From a virus (lineage: Duplodnaviria; Caudoviricetes): a DNA stretch of 27,695 bases. Of the stretch, positions 6,318-15,042 are shown one piece after another. The notes below the pieces were generated by a model that had not been told where the DNA came from, did not search any database, and saw nothing but the letters and a program-made list of their open reading frames with translations. The position numbers were made by a program, and so were the translations under genes. The stretch's first letter is position 1, and each line of letters opens with the position of its first letter. The DNA is taken from positions 1 to 27,695 of IMG/VR virus record IMGVR_UViG_3300025646_000258; one strand, 5' to 3'.

Positions 6318-8320
6318 TGTTCAGGGTCCATCTGCCCGCCACGTCCTACCTGAAGAAGCAGGTGAAGTTCTTCGACACGCTGGATTTCCTCAAGGCGTAC
6401 AAGAAGCACGTTTGGATGAACCAGTCGGCCTCCGTCACCAAGAGCGCTGGGTTGGCCTTTGGCGACCAACTGCTCCCTCACTCATGGGCGCCGACCGATG
6501 CCGGTATTCACCCTGACCCGAATACCCCCGACCACCCGCCGTGGAACCATCACCCTGAGACGGGTGAACTTCTTCCCGGCGGACTTCACCCCATCGACTT
6601 CATTCATCGTGACCTGCAGCAGCGATATGGGTACAGTCCGCAGCAAGCCGCAGACCTGATTGACGAAGCCGTTGATGTGCATAACCAAGAGGCTGGCAAA
6701 AATCACCAAGCCCCTTACTTTGGCAGCCCGCAGTGGCGCAAGGTCTTCATTGGACCACATTACCCTCACAATGAAGATGTACACATGCGTAGGGTGCGTG
6801 GTCGAGACCCGCTGTACGAAGGCGGACCTCGCCCGTTCATCACGTATTTCGCGAACAGCGGTAACGTCGAGGGGGCCGCCCAAGGCCAGTGGATTGATGG
6901 TGGTGCCGTGCACATCAATCGCGCACTTGGGCAGGTGTTAGGAAAGCGAGGACATCTTCAGGGACTGAGCCCCGAACAGTACCCGAATTACGTCAAGTAC
7001 AACGCTCTCAAGCCGGGCGACCTTTCTGGTGGTATTGTTCAGTCGATTGGAACAAAGGATTTCAACAAATATCGTCAAACAGGTCAGTTGCCTCCGTTTT
7101 ATCAGAGTGCAGAAATGCAGGCGGCATTGGCCGAGCAGCGCCGCCATCCTGAAATCCACGCACACCAGTTGGCACAATTACTGCCTGATGCTTTTTATCA
7201 CGCGCCTACGGGAAGTGGAGGTGGTCGTGGCGGCGGCTCAACGATTGACCTGAAAGGCATTCTTGGTCAGATGGGGGTCGAGCACGGTCTTTCTGACGAA
7301 GAATTGGCCAAGATTGCCGGAACAAGGGCCATGAAGATGCTGTTTCAGGAGACCCACAACATCGACTCAGAGAGTGGCAGTGGTGCCGTAAAGTCACTGG
7401 TCAATGTAATGCTCCGAGACATCAACTCTCACTACACAGATGAGTTTTACCCGATGCACGCTTCGCATGCACGTGGTGCTGAAATGGATGAATCGACACC
7501 GTTTCACCGAGCCGCGAACCGGGTGGCCGGAAACATTGTCGCGCACATGAGCAACGCTGTTCACAAGTTGATGATGCAAGGTATGCCTGAAGACGAGGCG
7601 AAGATGACTGTGGCTCGCCAGATGCGTGAATCTCAGGTCGACACAAAAGGTCGCTACGAACCAGAAGAAGGTATGCGCGAGAAGACAGAGGCGGTTTTGA
7701 CGGCGATGCTCAACAGAAGCGGCCATGACCCGGTGACGATGGATTCGTTGGACAGGATGTTGGGCGAAATCCCGACAGACCCTGAACAGCATCACTTGCG
7801 GACACCGACTCTGTCGTTTGAAACAGAACACGTTGCTCCAGAACACTGGAAGAAACGCATTGTTTTCCCTCACGAAACCGCTCCACAGGGCGACCAGACG
7901 ACTGAAGAAGCACCGCCACTCCCACCTGCACAGCCACCTGCACCTGCCCCCGCACCCCCTATGGGGGGCGCTGGACCGGGTGCAGGACCGGGCGCAGGAC
8001 TGGGTGCAGGACAAGGCGGTGTTGGCCTTGGACCGGCTGGTAAGGGGGGAGTGCTCGTGACGTCGCCTACCGGAGCAACACTACCACCATCACTCACGTG
8101 GGCAAAGCCCACGACTCCACCTGTCGCACCAACGATGCGTCAGGCCGCTCCGTTTGAAGAGCAGTACATGCAAGCGCGCAACGTGCCGCGCGAGCAGACC
8201 TTTTTCGACATCGGTACTGGTGCGGTGGTGCAGCGCTCTGATGATGTGGTCTCCAGCCTCGACGAGATTCGCAAGAAGATGGGCTACTTCGACGGCTTCC
8301 TCAGGGGGCTGCAGCCATGA
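6317..8320 (+). CDS. Hypothetical protein (667 aa), His-rich with a Pro/Gly-rich C-terminal linker
   Basis: Long ORF translationally coupled on both sides (TGATG and ATGA overlaps); no recognised catalytic motif. Confidence 0.8.
   Translation: MFRVHLPATSYLKKQVKFFDTLDFLKAYKKHVWMNQSASVTKSAGLAFGDQLLPHSWAPTDAGIHPDPNTPDHPPWNHHPETGELLPGGLHPIDFIHRDLQQRYGYSPQQAADLIDEAVDVHNQEAGKNHQAPYFGSPQWRKVFIGPHYPHNEDVHMRRVRGRDPLYEGGPRPFITYFANSGNVEGAAQGQWIDGGAVHINRALGQVLGKRGHLQGLSPEQYPNYVKYNALKPGDLSGGIVQSIGTKDFNKYRQTGQLPPFYQSAEMQAALAEQRRHPEIHAHQLAQLLPDAFYHAPTGSGGGRGGGSTIDLKGILGQMGVEHGLSDEELAKIAGTRAMKMLFQETHNIDSESGSGAVKSLVNVMLRDINSHYTDEFYPMHASHARGAEMDESTPFHRAANRVAGNIVAHMSNAVHKLMMQGMPEDEAKMTVARQMRESQVDTKGRYEPEEGMREKTEAVLTAMLNRSGHDPVTMDSLDRMLGEIPTDPEQHHLRTPTLSFETEHVAPEHWKKRIVFPHETAPQGDQTTEEAPPLPPAQPPAPAPAPPMGGAGPGAGPGAGLGAGQGGVGLGPAGKGGVLVTSPTGATLPPSLTWAKPTTPPVAPTMRQAAPFEEQYMQARNVPREQTFFDIGTGAVVQRSDDVVSSLDEIRKKMGYFDGFLRGLQP
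7969..8010 (+). repeat. Degenerate 12-nt coding tandem repeat (AGPG units)
   Basis: gctggaccgggt gcaggaccgggc gcaggactgggt gcagga encodes AGPGAGPGAGLGAG. Confidence 0.6.
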
Positions 8321-9342
8321 CCGACAAGGTGCTCGTGAAGGCCATAAGGCCTGAGTTCCCAGTGTCTGGTGGACCGCCAATCATGGTCATGGACAGTGGC
8401 CAAGGGGGAGGGCGTGGAGCCGTGGGCGTCACCCGCCGTCAGCGCGCTCTTGGTGGGCTTGGCACGGCAGTGGGTGTGCTCGGTTCGCTCGCTGGTCAGC
8501 ATCGAAGCCTCGGTGGGCTGGTTCAGTCTGCCATCTCTGGTGGCGCTCAGGGCTCCGCGCTTGGCAACGCTTTAGGTCGAAAGTTCACGTCTCGCGAGCG
8601 ACAAGCCCGCGCTGACTACGAAGAGGGAGTTCGTCAGAAGTACGCAGCACGTCAAGCGTCAGGCGACATGGGTATGTTCCAAGGCACTCGTCGTATGGGG
8701 AAGACAGTAGGTACTGCTTCTGACCCCATGACGATGGCCAACCAGATGCGGTATGTGGACCGAGAGCGGGCGGAAGCCATTGAACGGCAAAAGGCGCAGG
8801 CGGCTGTTGAAGAAGCACGGCGGAGGGCACATGGGAGGAACTTGGGTGAGGAAGACTTGGCAAACCTTGAGCGCATAGATAGGCTCAAGCGAATGATGGG
8901 TGTGGACAATATCACCTTTGATGCAGGCTTAGCCAACATGGAGGCTGCAGGTGGCCCGGCGTCTCGCTATCCGCCACCAGAAGCCGACTTTCAACCGACG
9001 AGACCAGTGGTCAATGCGGGTGGAGAAGTGGTGCACCCTGACGCAAGCCAAGCCGTTGCCGTCGTCCAAACTACGCCTCTACTCACAGCACCGGGCGCTG
9101 CTGCTGAGATTGGTAGAGATGAAAAGACTGCCATCGACGCCGCCACTCAGGAGACCATTGGTGTGACTGGTGACGGTGCGAGCAAGGAGCAAGAGCAAGC
9201 GCTCGCCAACTATCAGCGACCACGTCCTCAACCGTCGCAGCCGCAGGGCACGACGGTGCAGACAAAACTACCCGTCGGTGTTCAAGATAACGAGACTGCT
9301 GGGATGAGTGAACTACAGCAGCGTAATATGGGGGCGGTGTGA
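8317..9342 (+). CDS. Hypothetical protein with a glycine-zipper-like hydrophobic segment and coiled coil
   Basis: ALGGLGTAVGVLGSLAG...GGLVQSAISGGAQGSALGNALG followed by an R/E/A-rich helix; abuts TerL. Confidence 0.75.
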   Translation: MTDKVLVKAIRPEFPVSGGPPIMVMDSGQGGGRGAVGVTRRQRALGGLGTAVGVLGSLAGQHRSLGGLVQSAISGGAQGSALGNALGRKFTSRERQARADYEEGVRQKYAARQASGDMGMFQGTRRMGKTVGTASDPMTMANQMRYVDRERAEAIERQKAQAAVEEARRRAHGRNLGEEDLANLERIDRLKRMMGVDNITFDAGLANMEAAGGPASRYPPPEADFQPTRPVVNAGGEVVHPDASQAVAVVQTTPLLTAPGAAAEIGRDEKTAIDAATQETIGVTGDGASKEQEQALANYQRPRPQPSQPQGTTVQTKLPVGVQDNETAGMSELQQRNMGAV

Positions 9343-10824
9343 TTGGCTGACGTCAATTCCCTCATCTACGACATGGACCGCCAGATGTCGGCGAAGTCCT
9401 TTGACTACTTCTTCACCGACATCCTCGGATTTGATTTGTCCCAGCACCATCGTGACTGGCTCCGTGGTCTCAACGAGAACCGCTACTACTGCGTGAAGGC
9501 GAGCCGTGACCACGGCAAGTCTGTGTTCTTCATGTCCTACGCGCTTTGGATTGCAGCGTTTCAGCCGGGCACGCACATCATGGTGTTCAGTCACAGCCTT
9601 GAGCAGACGCTTGAGCACATGCGTTTTATCAGAAACAACATTGAGACCGCAGACATCCTGAAGGAATTGAAACCAGCAGGAAAGCCGTGGGCCAAGTCTT
9701 ACTTTGAGTTCACCAACGGCAGCCGTATCATGGCTAAGTCCGTGGGCGGCGCGACCCGTGGTTTCCACCCCGACGTGGTCGTATGCGACGACATTCTGTG
9801 GGGCACGACCAGTTCTGAATTGCAGCGCGCTGCTGACTGGTTCTACACCGTCCTGCTTCCTGTGCTGCACCACACGGGCCGCCTGATGATGGTGGGGACA
9901 CCCTTCTCCTACAACGACCTGTACGCTGAATTGGAGGACAAGGACACCTTCACTGTCGAGACCTATCCCGCCATTCTGGCGAACGGCGAGCCTCTGTGGC
10001 CCAACCGATGGCCACTTGAGGCCCTCAAGCAGCGTGAGGAATCCATGCCCGCCATCAAGTTCGCCCGTGAGTACCTGTGCGAGCCGATTCACGACATGTC
10101 GAGCATGTTCCCGATGACGCTGTTGGAGAAGGCTCGCGACTCCAGCCTTGTGCTGTTGGACAAGGCTGAGCAGGACTTTGACGAAGAAGGCGAGCCCTCT
10201 GGCACGTTTGGTCAGCACTTTGTCGGATGGGACCCTGCAATTGCCAGTGACTCCAACGCTGACTACACCGCTATGGCGGTTTTACGCATACCTCCAGACG
10301 AGGACGTCAAGCAGGTCGTCCACATCGTCAACGAAAAAGGGTTAAGCAGCACGGCTCAAAAGCGTCACATCATTATGCTCAACAGTCGCTTTCAACCTGA
10401 ACTCATCGAACTTGAAGGAAACAATTTCCAACGGATGTTTGAGGCTGAACTCAAGGACATGCGTGAGGACATCCCCATCAAGACTTTCATGACCACTCGT
10501 CAGAAGAAGGAGTCGATGTTCATGAGCCTCCTCATGGCCTTTGAGCAGGGTCAGATTCGCACCCCTTGGGGCGATGAGAAGAGCAAAGAGTTCACCCGTG
10601 CGCTGGAGACGCAACTCAGCCGGTTCGGTATGCAGAAGAACGGGCGGCTGGAGTCTGTTGGCTCGCACGACGACTTGGCCGTGGCGCTTGCGCTGGCGAA
10701 CTGGGCCACCAAGGAGTTCAAAGGAAGCATTGTTCTTCTTGACGACTACCTTGACGGCTTCGACAGTTGGTTTGGCGACGTAAGGCAAGACCAAGTCGCC
10801 GGAGCAACGTGGTTCACGGCATGA
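9343..10824 (+). CDS. terL: Terminase large subunit
   Basis: Walker A ASRDHGKS, Walker B VVVCDD, coupling motif VGTP, RNase H-like nuclease VGWDPA...DYTA...ELEGNNFQ...HDDLAVALALA. TTG start. Confidence 0.93.
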   Translation: MADVNSLIYDMDRQMSAKSFDYFFTDILGFDLSQHHRDWLRGLNENRYYCVKASRDHGKSVFFMSYALWIAAFQPGTHIMVFSHSLEQTLEHMRFIRNNIETADILKELKPAGKPWAKSYFEFTNGSRIMAKSVGGATRGFHPDVVVCDDILWGTTSSELQRAADWFYTVLLPVLHHTGRLMMVGTPFSYNDLYAELEDKDTFTVETYPAILANGEPLWPNRWPLEALKQREESMPAIKFAREYLCEPIHDMSSMFPMTLLEKARDSSLVLLDKAEQDFDEEGEPSGTFGQHFVGWDPAIASDSNADYTAMAVLRIPPDEDVKQVVHIVNEKGLSSTAQKRHIIMLNSRFQPELIELEGNNFQRMFEAELKDMREDIPIKTFMTTRQKKESMFMSLLMAFEQGQIRTPWGDEKSKEFTRALETQLSRFGMQKNGRLESVGSHDDLAVALALANWATKEFKGSIVLLDDYLDGFDSWFGDVRQDQVAGATWFTA

Positions 10825-10852
10825 CTAAATAGCACCGAAAGGAGGAAACGTC

Positions 10853-12157
10853 ATGTGGCCAAGTCTTGGAGTCGGTGGCGAAAACGTCGTCGACATGGGC
10901 CACCCCACTCTTTCGGCAGTGGCCTCCAGTTTGGCTACGCATCCTCGCATGAGCGTGCCATTGGCCAAGGCTGTGGCTGAGGCTACGGTTGTCTTTGTTG
11001 ATGATGATGACTCGAAGCCTACTTACGCACCCTTTGCTCCTACTGGTGAAGGTTGGTTTGAAGACCGAATCGGGAAGAGCGCGAACGAAATTATCCGTGA
11101 CCTGCGCAAGGCTCGCCGTGTGCTGAAAGAGGACAAGGTTGAGATTGACGCCCTTATCGCCAGCATCCGCGCCCTCAAGAGCGCCGAGGTTGACGCGACG
11201 CTGTCGCGCTTGGAGTGGGCTCCCCCTCACATCGAAACGATGCGCAAGATGGGGCTGTCGGACAAAGACATGCGCTCGCTTCGTCTGTTCGGTGATTCTC
11301 GCAAGGCCAGTCTTGTGCGTGCCTGCAGTGTGTGGGAAGCAGCGGAAGACTCGCTTGCCAAGTTGGATGAGTTTTCAGACGTTTGGGGCGAAGAAGAGCG
11401 TAACGCTTGGGTCAACGCCATGCAGCAAAAGCAGGACGCTCGAAAAATGTGGAGCAACGCACTGCACCAGTTTGAGACGCTGTCGAAAGAGCAGCAGAAC
11501 TGGTTGCACATGGCCAAGGAAGAAGTTGAGGAGAAGGGTGCGATGAGCGCACGCGCCATCACCAGCAACCTCGTGGAGAAGGGGGTTTCTCGCATCACAG
11601 CGGGCCGCATGTCCAAATTGCTGACCATGTACGGCGAGGAAGTCAACATTGTGAAGGGTCACCGTAAAGGCGAGTTCATCTCCATGTCGAGGGAAGGCTT
11701 GGTGCTCAAGGACCCGTGGGCTTACGCGGCAGGCTTCCTTGATGCAGACGGCTACATCACCATCACCGAGCGTGGCGAGCCACGTGCTGGCTTCATCGCA
11801 ACGGGCGACCGTGGTCGAATGCACTGCGAAGAGTTGCACAAGAACGTAGGCGCAGGCATCCTCCAATTGGACCAGAAGGTGTACAAGGATGGTCAGCGCA
11901 GTCAGCACCGCGTCAGTTTCTACTCCAAGGACGACCTGACCAAGTTGCTGGACAACATCACCCCTCATCTGAGGATGAAAGATATGCAGGCTAAGGCCGT
12001 CAAAGCCTACATCAGAGAGAAGAACCCGTTGCGTAAAACACAACTCAAGCGCTTCGTGCAGTTCTCCAATCGGGACGGAACAGACAAAGGTGAGGAGTCC
12101 CTGCGCGAATGGGGAGTCGACCGTGATACGGTCATGAGTTGGGCGGAGGGTCTGTGA
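10853..12157 (+). CDS. LAGLIDADG endonuclease-domain protein with a long helical N-terminal extension
   Basis: YAAGFLDADGYI motif at 11723-11758 followed by a typical LAGLIDADG tail (SKDDLTKLLDNITPHLRMKDMQA); GGAGG SD. Confidence 0.85.
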   Translation: MWPSLGVGGENVVDMGHPTLSAVASSLATHPRMSVPLAKAVAEATVVFVDDDDSKPTYAPFAPTGEGWFEDRIGKSANEIIRDLRKARRVLKEDKVEIDALIASIRALKSAEVDATLSRLEWAPPHIETMRKMGLSDKDMRSLRLFGDSRKASLVRACSVWEAAEDSLAKLDEFSDVWGEEERNAWVNAMQQKQDARKMWSNALHQFETLSKEQQNWLHMAKEEVEEKGAMSARAITSNLVEKGVSRITAGRMSKLLTMYGEEVNIVKGHRKGEFISMSREGLVLKDPWAYAAGFLDADGYITITERGEPRAGFIATGDRGRMHCEELHKNVGAGILQLDQKVYKDGQRSQHRVSFYSKDDLTKLLDNITPHLRMKDMQAKAVKAYIREKNPLRKTQLKRFVQFSNRDGTDKGEESLREWGVDRDTVMSWAEGL

Positions 12158-13914
12158 TGGCAGAGAAGAGCCGTGTTGGTCGCCTGATTGAATCGGTGTC
12201 CAGCCCGTTCCGGCGCAGGACCACACCTGAGCCTCAGATGCCACTGTGGACGACGGGCATCCAAGAGCCCGTGCTTGTGCAAGGTATCACCATCCCCGCA
12301 CTTTACGCTGTGGCCAACGAGAACCTCATTCTGCGAACGGTGCTCAGCACCCTGCAACAGGAAATCTTCCGGCGCGGCTACTATTGGGAAAAGAAGTTCA
12401 ACCGCAAGTGCTCTGCATGTGACGCTGAGTTTCAACACGATGTAGACACGTGCAAGGACTGCGGTAGTCCTGAACTCGTTGAACCTGACCCCGACCAATT
12501 GGTCTATCCTCGTTGGTTGCTGGACCAGCGCAATTCGATGGAGCAGACCTTCATGGACGTGCTTCGCGAAATCGAGTATGACCTGAACATCGTGGACGAT
12601 GCGTTCCTCATCCTCATCAAGGAGTATTTCATCGACCCTGAGACAAAGCAGGTCGCTTTCTACCGCGTCAAAGAGTTCGTGCGGGGCGACCCCATCTTCA
12701 TGCGCATCATCGCCGACAAGCGCGGCGTTCGCGGTGGACGGTTTCGAGTCTGCCCAATTCACCGCAGCGAGGTCAAGTCCTATTCCGAGGACGACAAGTT
12801 CTGCCCCACCTGCGGCTACGAGATGGAGGATGTGCACCACGTCAACACGGCTGGCAGCGGCAAGACGCAATACTACCTCAAGGGCGAGGTCATTCACGTC
12901 AGCAAGTACCAGCCGTCGAAACTCTACGGCCGCAGCCCCGTGTCGACGCTCTGGCGTCAGGCCATGACCCTCACGGCCATGGACAATTACATGTACACCG
13001 CTTACTCCAAGCGCAGGATTCCTCGCGGCATCCTCAGCATCAACACGGACAACCTTGAGTCCATGAAGGCGTTCTGGAAGGCCACGGACGAAAAGTTGGA
13101 GCGTGACCCCCACTACATCCCCAAGATTGCCACTGAGGGCTCAGGTAAGGGTGGCGTGAACTGGGTCAAGTTGATGGATTCGCTGGAGGAGATGCAGTAC
13201 ATCCCTGCACGGGATGAGATGCGTCAGCGCATCGCTGCCTTTTACGGAGTGTCCAACGTCTTCATGATGGACACCGGCAAGTCCGGCGGTCTGAACAACG
13301 AGGGCATGCAGATTCTCGTCACCAATCGTTCTGTCGAGTTTGGTCACAAGGTCTACACCGAGCACCTCTTCCCTCGTATGGTTGAGGAGATGGACGTCAC
13401 TGACTGGAAATTGACGCTTTATCCCAACGAAGAAGAAGACGAGGTCACCCGTCTGCGCCGCGACGAGATGGAAGTCAACATCGCTCAGCGCATGATGATG
13501 ATGGGGTATCAGCCCACGTTGGTTGAAGACTCCAACCGCGACATTCGATTTGTGTACAAGCAACCTGACCCAGCAGCGCAGCCACCCCCCGGTCCCGGCG
13601 GGATGCCTCCGGGCGGTATGCCCATGCCGGGCATGCAGATGGGCGGTGGCATGGGGACACCGGGCGCGCTTCCCAGCAGGCAGATTCCGCCTCAACTGGC
13701 GGCACGTATGGCAGGCGAGGCGCAAGCAGGTATGGCGAACCCCGGCGGAGAAGGTATGGGTCTGCGAAATCGCGGACCAGCCAGTCCGCAAAACAGAACC
13801 AGCATGGGTTCAGGCGCACCCTTCTCCAGCGTTCAACAGCGTGGAGCCCCGATGGGTGGCGTTGAGCAGGCTGGTCAGAGCATTCTTGACGCCAGAAACT
13901 TTCGTGGGGCCTGA
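12157..13914 (+). CDS. Portal protein with two Zn-ribbon insertions
   Basis: Position after TerL; portal-like motifs EVIHVSKY...LYGRSP, PRGIL, EMQY...RQRIAAFYGVS. ATG at 12157 overlaps the upstream TGA. CSAC/CKDC and CPIH/CPTC pairs. Confidence 0.88.
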   Translation: MAEKSRVGRLIESVSSPFRRRTTPEPQMPLWTTGIQEPVLVQGITIPALYAVANENLILRTVLSTLQQEIFRRGYYWEKKFNRKCSACDAEFQHDVDTCKDCGSPELVEPDPDQLVYPRWLLDQRNSMEQTFMDVLREIEYDLNIVDDAFLILIKEYFIDPETKQVAFYRVKEFVRGDPIFMRIIADKRGVRGGRFRVCPIHRSEVKSYSEDDKFCPTCGYEMEDVHHVNTAGSGKTQYYLKGEVIHVSKYQPSKLYGRSPVSTLWRQAMTLTAMDNYMYTAYSKRRIPRGILSINTDNLESMKAFWKATDEKLERDPHYIPKIATEGSGKGGVNWVKLMDSLEEMQYIPARDEMRQRIAAFYGVSNVFMMDTGKSGGLNNEGMQILVTNRSVEFGHKVYTEHLFPRMVEEMDVTDWKLTLYPNEEEDEVTRLRRDEMEVNIAQRMMMMGYQPTLVEDSNRDIRFVYKQPDPAAQPPPGPGGMPPGGMPMPGMQMGGGMGTPGALPSRQIPPQLAARMAGEAQAGMANPGGEGMGLRNRGPASPQNRTSMGSGAPFSSVQQRGAPMGGVEQAGQSILDARNFRGA

Positions 13915-13924
13915 CGTAGTAGCA

Positions 13925-13943
13925 TTTAAGCCGAAAGGAGTGA
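13925..13943 (+). promoter_or_regulatory. TATA-like box (TTTAAG) and SD (GGAGTGA)
   Basis: Intergenic TTTAAGCCGAAAGGAGTGA upstream of 13948. CCGAAAGGAG is also present at 10835-10844, after the TATA-like TAAATA. Confidence 0.45.
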
Positions 13944-13947
13944 TGGC

Positions 13948-14304
13948 ATGAGCATGGACGTCAAGAAGTTGGACCCGATGGCGCGCAAGATGCGCACGCA
14001 CGTCGACGCGTTCTACAAGGCGCTGGATGAGCAAAACACGAACGATGCTCGACATCACATCACTGAAGTGATGAAGTTCGCCGACTACCTTGGGAAGGAC
14101 ATCGACAGTTCAATCGTCAAGGCTGCTGAGGCCGACATGAGGCGGCTCGGCGTCAACGACCTTTTCGCAGGTGGCGTTCCGGTTCGCAAGATGAACGACG
14201 CCGTCCACAACGTCCACCGTCCGGCGGACAACGTGCTCCCCGGCACGGTCCGAACGACTCGGTTCGGTGCAGTGAACCGTCGCTTGACGAACCGTGAAGT
14301 CTGA
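13948..14304 (+). CDS. Small hypothetical head-module protein
   Basis: SD upstream; located between portal and protease. Confidence 0.75.
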   Translation: MSMDVKKLDPMARKMRTHVDAFYKALDEQNTNDARHHITEVMKFADYLGKDIDSSIVKAAEADMRRLGVNDLFAGGVPVRKMNDAVHNVHRPADNVLPGTVRTTRFGAVNRRLTNREV

Positions 14305-14314
14305 GGTGAGCAAC

Positions 14315-14686
14315 GTGTCTGATGTGGAGGGGAACCCTGCGGAGCGCTTGATGGGTGCCCTCATCAGCAAGATGGAGACGATGGATGCGGGCATCCAGAG
14401 CCTGCGTGCTGAGAATGTTGAGTTGCGCAAGATGATGCAGAACCCGTCAGCGATGCTGCGCAAGGCTGGCTTCGTGTCTGTGGGAACCTCCCGTCCCGAA
14501 GGATTGGCTATGGATGAGTTCCGAGGCGCCATGGATGACGTGGTGCTCAAGGCTCAGGATGGCTCTAAACTTGGCATCCCTGTGTCTAACGAGGACTTTC
14601 ATGCTATGGACTGGGCAGACATTCACGCCTTGGCTGAGCAGGCCAAGGATGCCGGTGCAATCGGCAACCAGATGGGTATGGAGTGA
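14315..14686 (+). CDS. Small coiled-coil protein, scaffold-like
   Basis: GTG at 14315 lies 5 nt after GAGGTGA. N-terminal coiled coil; C-terminal MDWADIHALA resembles the scaffold C-terminus MDWDEVHRLA. Confidence 0.75.
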   Translation: MSDVEGNPAERLMGALISKMETMDAGIQSLRAENVELRKMMQNPSAMLRKAGFVSVGTSRPEGLAMDEFRGAMDDVVLKAQDGSKLGIPVSNEDFHAMDWADIHALAEQAKDAGAIGNQMGME

Positions 14687-14691
14687 GGAAG

Positions 14692-15042
14692 ATGAAGCCA
14701 CGATTTGAGCCAGTGCCAGACGAAGTTCACCATTTGCTGAAGGCTGCGCGCGAACTTGAAGACCGCATCGCCAAGAAGGAGGGCAGCATGCCCGACTACT
14801 CTGGACAAAAAGAAGGTGCAACGCAGGGCAGTGCCCGTTTTGAAGCACAGCCCTCCGGTGTCCCCAACACCTTCTACAACACGAACAACGTCGTGCCTGA
14901 AGTTCAGGACGTGAAGAACAAGGGCGCTATCTCTGAGAGCAGCAGCGTGCTCGACAAGAACCCCTACTACCCAACGGCCTTCAGCACCACTGGCGCTCTG
15001 GAGAACACGGCGGGCGATAAGGGTGCGCGAAACTCCCCTTGA
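14692..15042 (+). CDS. Small hypothetical head-module protein
   Basis: ATG at 14692 after GGAGTGAGG; short helix followed by a polar disordered tail. Confidence 0.72.
   Translation: MKPRFEPVPDEVHHLLKAARELEDRIAKKEGSMPDYSGQKEGATQGSARFEAQPSGVPNTFYNTNNVVPEVQDVKNKGAISESSSVLDKNPYYPTAFSTTGALENTAGDKGARNSP

Noticed and set aside
6550-6600. Similarity of PETGELLPGGLHP (6317 gene) to DMNGKLYEEGKHP in the giant protein
   Set aside because: Too short and degenerate to distinguish from chance without a profile search.
9343-12157. Possible intein or intron linking TerL and the LAGLIDADG ORF
   Set aside because: TerL is complete and uninterrupted, and the LAGLIDADG gene has its own SD and start and lacks intein terminal residues.
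12007-13113. 368-aa minus-strand ORF
   Set aside because: Lies opposite the portal gene; expected from GC-rich codon bias.
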